From positions 1 through 26,373 of the forward strand of contig DYFC01000065.1 in the NCBI GenBank assembly GCA_020725385.1: a DNA stretch of 26,373 nucleotides. The letters are read 5' to 3'. Every line of letters begins with the position of its first letter. Within the stretch, counting starts at the first letter, position 1. The notes beneath the pieces were generated by a model, which worked only from the letters and a program-made list of their open reading frames with translations, did not search any database and was not told where the DNA came from. Origin of the DNA: Nitrospira japonica. GTDB lineage: Bacteria > Nitrospirota > Thermodesulfovibrionia > Thermodesulfovibrionales > SM23-35. Below, piece by piece: positions 24,646-26,373 of the stretch. A program made the position numbers and the translations under genes.

Positions 24646-26121
24646 TTAAGTAGAAATGGTTGTTGATTTAATTAGATATTGTCCTGACTTAATATTAGGG
24701 TCTGAAATTACATTTATTTTTACTTTATATTCTTTTTCCATATCAATAATTTCATCTCTTTTGAAATTGATGAGATAATTTGCAGAAGCTACAGGTAAAT
24801 TACATGAAATTTCTGAAGGGTGTTCTTTTGAAATCCTGGTATGAATTTCTCTAAAAGCATTTAAAGCAAGAATTTCATCTGCTTTAATGAGACCCGAACC
24901 TTCGCAAACTTCACATTTTTTATAGGCTGATTCAAAATACGCTGTTCTCATTCTTTCCCTTGTCATCTCAAGCAATCCAAATTTCGAAATAGGCGCGATG
25001 TCAGAGTGAGCCTTGTCATTTTTAAGAGCAGATTTCAATCTTTCTTCAACTTCTCTCCGATTCTTTGGAGATTCCATGTCAATAAAATCTATAACAATCA
25101 ATCCTCCTATATCTCTTAACCTAAGTTGTCTCGCAATTTCATCTGCTGCCTCGAGATTTGTTTTAAGAGCAGTCTGTTCTATATTTTTTTCTTTCCTGCT
25201 TCTTCCTGAATTGACATCAATTGATGTTAAAGCTTCTGTTTTATCGAAAACAAGATACCCTTTTGAAGGCAAACGCACATATCTATCATTTAACTTTGTT
25301 ACCTGCTCTTCAATATTATAAAGATCAAAAATTGGTCTTTTTTCCTTGTAATATTTAATATTTATTTTTCTCCACGGAAGTGTAAGTCTAAGGAATGAAT
25401 TGATACTCCTGCGTGCATTAGGTTCATCAACCAACACTTCATCAATCTCGGATGTAAGATAATCCCTTACTGTCCTGACAACAATATCCTGTTCTTTATA
25501 AATCAAAGCCGGAGCTTTTGCATTTTTTGCTTCTCTCTGTATTTTATCCCATAGTCTTTCAAGATACTTCAGATCATTAGATAATTCAGTTATAGAAATA
25601 CCAATACACGCTGTACGTAATATAAATCCAGTGTTCATAGGAAGCTTGAGCGAATTGAAAATATCTTTTAATCTTTCTCTTTCTTCTTCCTCTTCGATTT
25701 TTCGTGAAATTCTTATCCTTCCTTGTCCTGGCATCATTACAATATAACGACCGGGCAACGAAATATAAGAAGTAAGACTTGCACCTTTTGTATCGCGCTC
25801 ATCTTTATCTACCTGAACAAGAATTTCCTGACCTTTTGAAAATATTTCTTGGATTCCTTTTCTCTCGGATTCAGAAGAAATACGAAAATATTCAGGCATA
25901 ATTTCACTCTTTGGGAGGAAACCATTTTTATTTGCTCCAAAGTCAACAAAGACAGCCTGCAAAGAAGGCTCTACACTTGAGATAATTCCCTTGTATATAT
26001 TACCTTTTAAATGTTCTTTCGTGGATATTTCTGCGTAAAAATCAACAAGCCTATCGCCTTCAACAATCGCGATTCTCTTTTCTTCTGGCAATTTAGCATT
26101 TATAAGGATCTTTTTTTTCAT
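24646..26121 (-). CDS. Ribonuclease E/G family protein (catalytic domain only, RNase G-sized)
   Basis: GNIYKG S1 domain, IDVNSG, IARQLRLRDIGGLIVIDFIDM, GLLEMTRER and Zn-link CEVC.G.G. Confidence 0.95.
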   Translation of the reverse strand: MKKKILINAKLPEEKRIAIVEGDRLVDFYAEISTKEHLKGNIYKGIISSVEPSLQAVFVDFGANKNGFLPKSEIMPEYFRISSESERKGIQEIFSKGQEILVQVDKDERDTKGASLTSYISLPGRYIVMMPGQGRIRISRKIEEEEERERLKDIFNSLKLPMNTGFILRTACIGISITELSNDLKYLERLWDKIQREAKNAKAPALIYKEQDIVVRTVRDYLTSEIDEVLVDEPNARRSINSFLRLTLPWRKINIKYYKEKRPIFDLYNIEEQVTKLNDRYVRLPSKGYLVFDKTEALTSIDVNSGRSRKEKNIEQTALKTNLEAADEIARQLRLRDIGGLIVIDFIDMESPKNRREVEERLKSALKNDKAHSDIAPISKFGLLEMTRERMRTAYFESAYKKCEVCEGSGLIKADEILALNAFREIHTRISKEHPSEISCNLPVASANYLINFKRDEIIDMEKEYKVKINVISDPNIKSGQYLIKSTTIST

Positions 26122-26203
26122 TGAATATTAATTAAAGATATATTATCAGGTTGAACTATATCTTTTTCAACTTTTCATATTTATAGAATGTTCCTTTTAA
26201 TAA

Positions 26204-26232
26204 ATTAAATACCAATGAAAAAGATTTGTCAA
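26204..26232 (-). promoter_or_regulatory. Putative sigma70 promoter for the RNase E/G gene
   Basis: Minus strand TTGACA (26232-26227), 17 nt, TTTAAT (26209-26204). Confidence 0.45.
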
Positions 26233-26373
26233 TTTTTATAACTCATAATCTTATTTTACAAGTCCTTGATATAACATATTGTTTAACCCGAAAAATGCAT
26301 TTAAAGTAATGCAGATGTTGCGAAAAAATTTATTTTTCGATACCTTAGTGTACGTTTAAAGATGATTTGCCAT

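Noticed and set aside
921-25321. Short antisense or overlapping ORFs inside long genes (e.g. 921-1157, 9267-9461, 15791-16264, 23082-23375, 25013-25321)
   Set aside because: They lie opposite well-supported genes, lack RBSs and recognisable motifs, and are typical codon-bias shadows.

Overview
AT-rich bacterial chromosomal window; gene content suggests an anaerobic Nitrospirota/Desulfobacterota-like organism (inference only). It has three parts. (1) 1-2718 is the 3' part of a large, more GC-rich modular surface protein (beta-helix, FN3, B-repeats, Ig-like domains, CARDB). (2) 2731-5091 is a compact graveyard of mobile DNA: two attC-like integron cassette sites with no integrase in view, a broken DUF2283 gene, an intact DUF4160/DUF2442 toxin-antitoxin-like pair, a decayed third cassette ORF, two direct copies of an IS21-like end, a GGGGTC-ended MITE, a REP-flanked GIY-YIG pseudogene and nested palindromes. 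(3) 5166-26373 is mostly core genome: EamA, prmC, bioA, glgP, HAD hydrolase, ffh, trxA, a beta-barrel gene, tatB-tatC, an unknown ORF, a HEAT-repeat/HD-GYP pair that appear to share an N-terminal domain, aroE, a Tat-exported group 1 [NiFe] hydrogenase with protease and a structured sigma54-type leader, a solo CIRCE-controlled groEL, a PsiE-like gene and an RNase E/G gene. The best candidates for undescribed biology are the HEAT/HD-GYP module, the hydrogenase leader with an orphan Shine-Dalgarno, and the palindrome/GIY-YIG/attC cluster. All family calls come from motif recognition by eye; no searches were run.
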